Part shown: positions 61,832 to 64,000 of the stretch, one piece after another
How the letters are laid out: every line of letters begins with the position of its first letter
How positions within the stretch are numbered: position 1 is the stretch's first letter
DNA from: Candidatus Bathyarchaeota archaeon
Lineage (GTDB): Archaea; Thermoproteota; Bathyarchaeia; Bathyarchaeales; Bathycorpusculaceae
Reading direction: 5' to 3'
NCBI GenBank assembly: GCA_963768425.1
Contig: CAVYHV010000009.1
Coordinates: 1 to 64,000 of the forward strand
Length of the DNA stretch: 64,000 nucleotides
Translations under genes and position numbers: made by a program
The notes under the pieces: model-generated
What the model saw: the letters and a program-made list of their open reading frames with translations, nothing else
What the model was told of the DNA's origin: nothing
Databases searched by the model: none

Positions 61832-63616
61832 ATGAAAATAAAGACAAAATCAATAATCGCATTGATAGTAACAACAATCTGCTTAATAATAATCCTTGAC
61901 TTTGTCTCCAACTCTGTAATCCAAACCAACTTTTTACAAATTGAACAATCTGAGGTCCAACAAACAATTGGAAGAATTCAAGTTGCTGTTTCAAACAGTT
62001 ACGGTGATTTAGACAACAAATTAGTAAGCTGGTCACAGCTGAACAGCACATACGAGTTCGTGCAAAACCCAAATGACGAATATAACGAGACGTATCTAAC
62101 GGTTTCTTCACTTGCAAATGAAGGGGTAAACTTCGTCATTTTCCTAGATCAAAAAGGCAATTATTTGAATGGGATGGGACTGAACCTAACAACTCTGCAA
62201 CAGATCCCCATTCCTCAGAACATAATCACATTAGTTTCTTCTGATAACTTAATCTGGAATTTAACGACAGTAGATAGTCATACAAGCGGTTTTGTTCTAT
62301 CCTCTGGTCAACCGTTGCTGGTGGCTTCAAGACCAATTCTAATGACTGACGGAGAAGGTCCAGCAAGAGGTGTCCTGATTTTTGCCCGATACTACGATTC
62401 GAATGAAATCAACGCGTTGTCATTTATCATGAAGTTTCCAATGTCAATGCAACTTATTGGAAATTGGGAAAAAGAAAACTCGATTCAAGCTGGATCTTTT
62501 CCTTCATACATTAAACCCTTAAATCAACAATTCACTGTGGGCTACGATGTAGTTGACGATATCCACGGGCAGCCGCTGTTTGTTCTTGGCGCAACTATGC
62601 CTAGAACAGTGTACGACCAAGGATTAAATACCGTCGGTTACATTAATGAGGCGCTCTTAGTTGCTGGAGTAGTATTTTGCATCATAATAGTTTTGATCAT
62701 GCAGTACTTAGTGCTAAAACGACTGGGAAAGCTGTCTGATTCTGTGATTAAATTGCGCATTCATGAAAATAACCTTCAAGAATTGCCAGCTTCAGGTAAC
62801 GACGAGATAACATGGTTGACGTTGTCGATCAATGGACTACTCCAAGAGATACAAAGCCAAAACGTTAAGCTTCAGAAATCTGAGCGGTTGTCAGCTATCG
62901 GGGAACTGGCAAGACAGGTAGGCCATGATTTACGCAATCCATTAGCAAGCATCAAAACTGCAGTGTATTATTTGAGTAGAAAGGGAAATACCTGCAGTGA
63001 CGAAAAGAGAGAAACGATGTTGGAAATTATTGTCAATGATATCAGCCGGTCTGACAAAATAATTAACGACCTCGTTGAATACTCAAGCGATATTTACTTG
63101 GATGTAGAGCAGTGTTGCCCCCAATCCCTCTTAGCTGGCGCTTTGTCAATTCTTCAAGTTCCAAAAAACGTCGAGGTTGTCAATCTTACTTTAGATGAGC
63201 TAAAAATCTTAGCTGATGCAAGCAAAATTCAACAGGTTTTCAAGGTAATTATTAAAAACGCTCTTGAATCTATGCCAAACGGCGGAACTTTAGAAATACT
63301 GAGTCGTGAAGAAAAATCGTACCTGCAAATTACGTTTAGTGACACTGGAACAGGCATTCCGAAGGAGCTCCTGCCCAAAATCTTTTCACCATTGGTAACT
63401 ACGAAAGCACAGGGAATGGGATTAAGTTTAGCAATATGCAAACGAATTGTTGATTGTCATGGTGGCAAAATAGAATTTGAAAGCACTTTAAACAAGGGAA
63501 CAACATTTAATGTCAGCTTGCCATTCAAACCGAAAATACAACCAGACTATGAAAGGGTGATGCTAAAGAAGGATCCATTACTTCACTATAATTATGAAGA
63601 GCCTCAAATTAGGTGA
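61832..63616 (+). CDS. CHASE4/HAMP sensor histidine kinase
   Basis: Two TM helices around extracellular domain (WSQLNSTYEFVQ, RPILMTDGEGPARGVLIFAR), HAMP, GHDLRNPL, HATPase boxes. Confidence 0.88.
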   Translation: MKIKTKSIIALIVTTICLIIILDFVSNSVIQTNFLQIEQSEVQQTIGRIQVAVSNSYGDLDNKLVSWSQLNSTYEFVQNPNDEYNETYLTVSSLANEGVNFVIFLDQKGNYLNGMGLNLTTLQQIPIPQNIITLVSSDNLIWNLTTVDSHTSGFVLSSGQPLLVASRPILMTDGEGPARGVLIFARYYDSNEINALSFIMKFPMSMQLIGNWEKENSIQAGSFPSYIKPLNQQFTVGYDVVDDIHGQPLFVLGATMPRTVYDQGLNTVGYINEALLVAGVVFCIIIVLIMQYLVLKRLGKLSDSVIKLRIHENNLQELPASGNDEITWLTLSINGLLQEIQSQNVKLQKSERLSAIGELARQVGHDLRNPLASIKTAVYYLSRKGNTCSDEKRETMLEIIVNDISRSDKIINDLVEYSSDIYLDVEQCCPQSLLAGALSILQVPKNVEVVNLTLDELKILADASKIQQVFKVIIKNALESMPNGGTLEILSREEKSYLQITFSDTGTGIPKELLPKIFSPLVTTKAQGMGLSLAICKRIVDCHGGKIEFESTLNKGTTFNVSLPFKPKIQPDYERVMLKKDPLLHYNYEEPQIR

Positions 63617-63625
63617 CAATTCTTT

Positions 63626-63784
63626 GTGGATACAGATTGTCCCTGCCCCAAAAGATGCGAAGGACACGACAAATGTGAAGAATGCACCCAACATCATGCA
63701 GCAAAAGGCAAATTACCCTTTTGCAAGAGAACAAAAAGCTCAGTGTTTGACTTCTTAAAGAAAAACAGTCAAGACAAGAAATAA
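63626..63784 (+). CDS. Unannotated 52-aa Cys/His-rich protein
   Basis: GGTGA RBS, GTG start; MDTDCPCPKRCEGHDKCEECTQHHAAKGKLPFCKR... Confidence 0.65.
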   Translation: MDTDCPCPKRCEGHDKCEECTQHHAAKGKLPFCKRTKSSVFDFLKKNSQDKK

Positions 63785-64000
63785 ACAAACGTCTGAAAAT
63801 GTTTTTGAAGGAAGTTTCTTACATGGGTATCCCCTGTTTTGGGCCAGATTTTTTTTATTAACAAAACTGAACGGAAAAAAGGATTAACATCGGTTTTTAA
63901 AGTGAGTCTGCCTTGGGCAGATATCAAGCGGAAACAGAATTGTTAAGTGAAAAGAAGAGCGACGAAAGAATGTTTGAAAAAGAATTTTGCGGCAACACTC

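Overview
Archaeal chromosome segment, most likely Bathyarchaeia. This is inferred from archaeal DnaG, PyrH, YchF, PolB3/PolB2 and NurA/HerA, GGTGA ribosome-binding sites and many small Cys-rich proteins. Positions 1-11287 are the right part of an integrated, provirus-like element ending at a duplicated tRNA-Pro-like 3' end (att site, 11267-11287). It carries a terminase-small-subunit-like gene, a ParB/ABC-ATPase/GNAT module, HTH genes and, inside it, a kaiC-kaiB-kaiB-PAS histidine kinase operon. The rest is a mix of housekeeping and accessory genes: ychF, dnaG, a proofreading-dead PolB, alkA, pyrH, four ABC systems, stand-alone nurA-herA, a 1450-aa Fe-S nuclease/SF1 helicase, PolB2, pstS and a CHASE4 kinase. 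Several 3'-terminal gene relics sit between them. Two unannotated intergenic segments fold into RNA-like structures; the best is a ~190-nt rod-like hairpin at ~59230-59420 with a promoter-like and a terminator-like flank. Many single-base frameshifts, even in core genes, suggest long-read indel errors, so split ORFs are merged here. No CRISPR array, rRNA or intact tRNA was seen. All calls come from motif recognition by eye; no searches were run.
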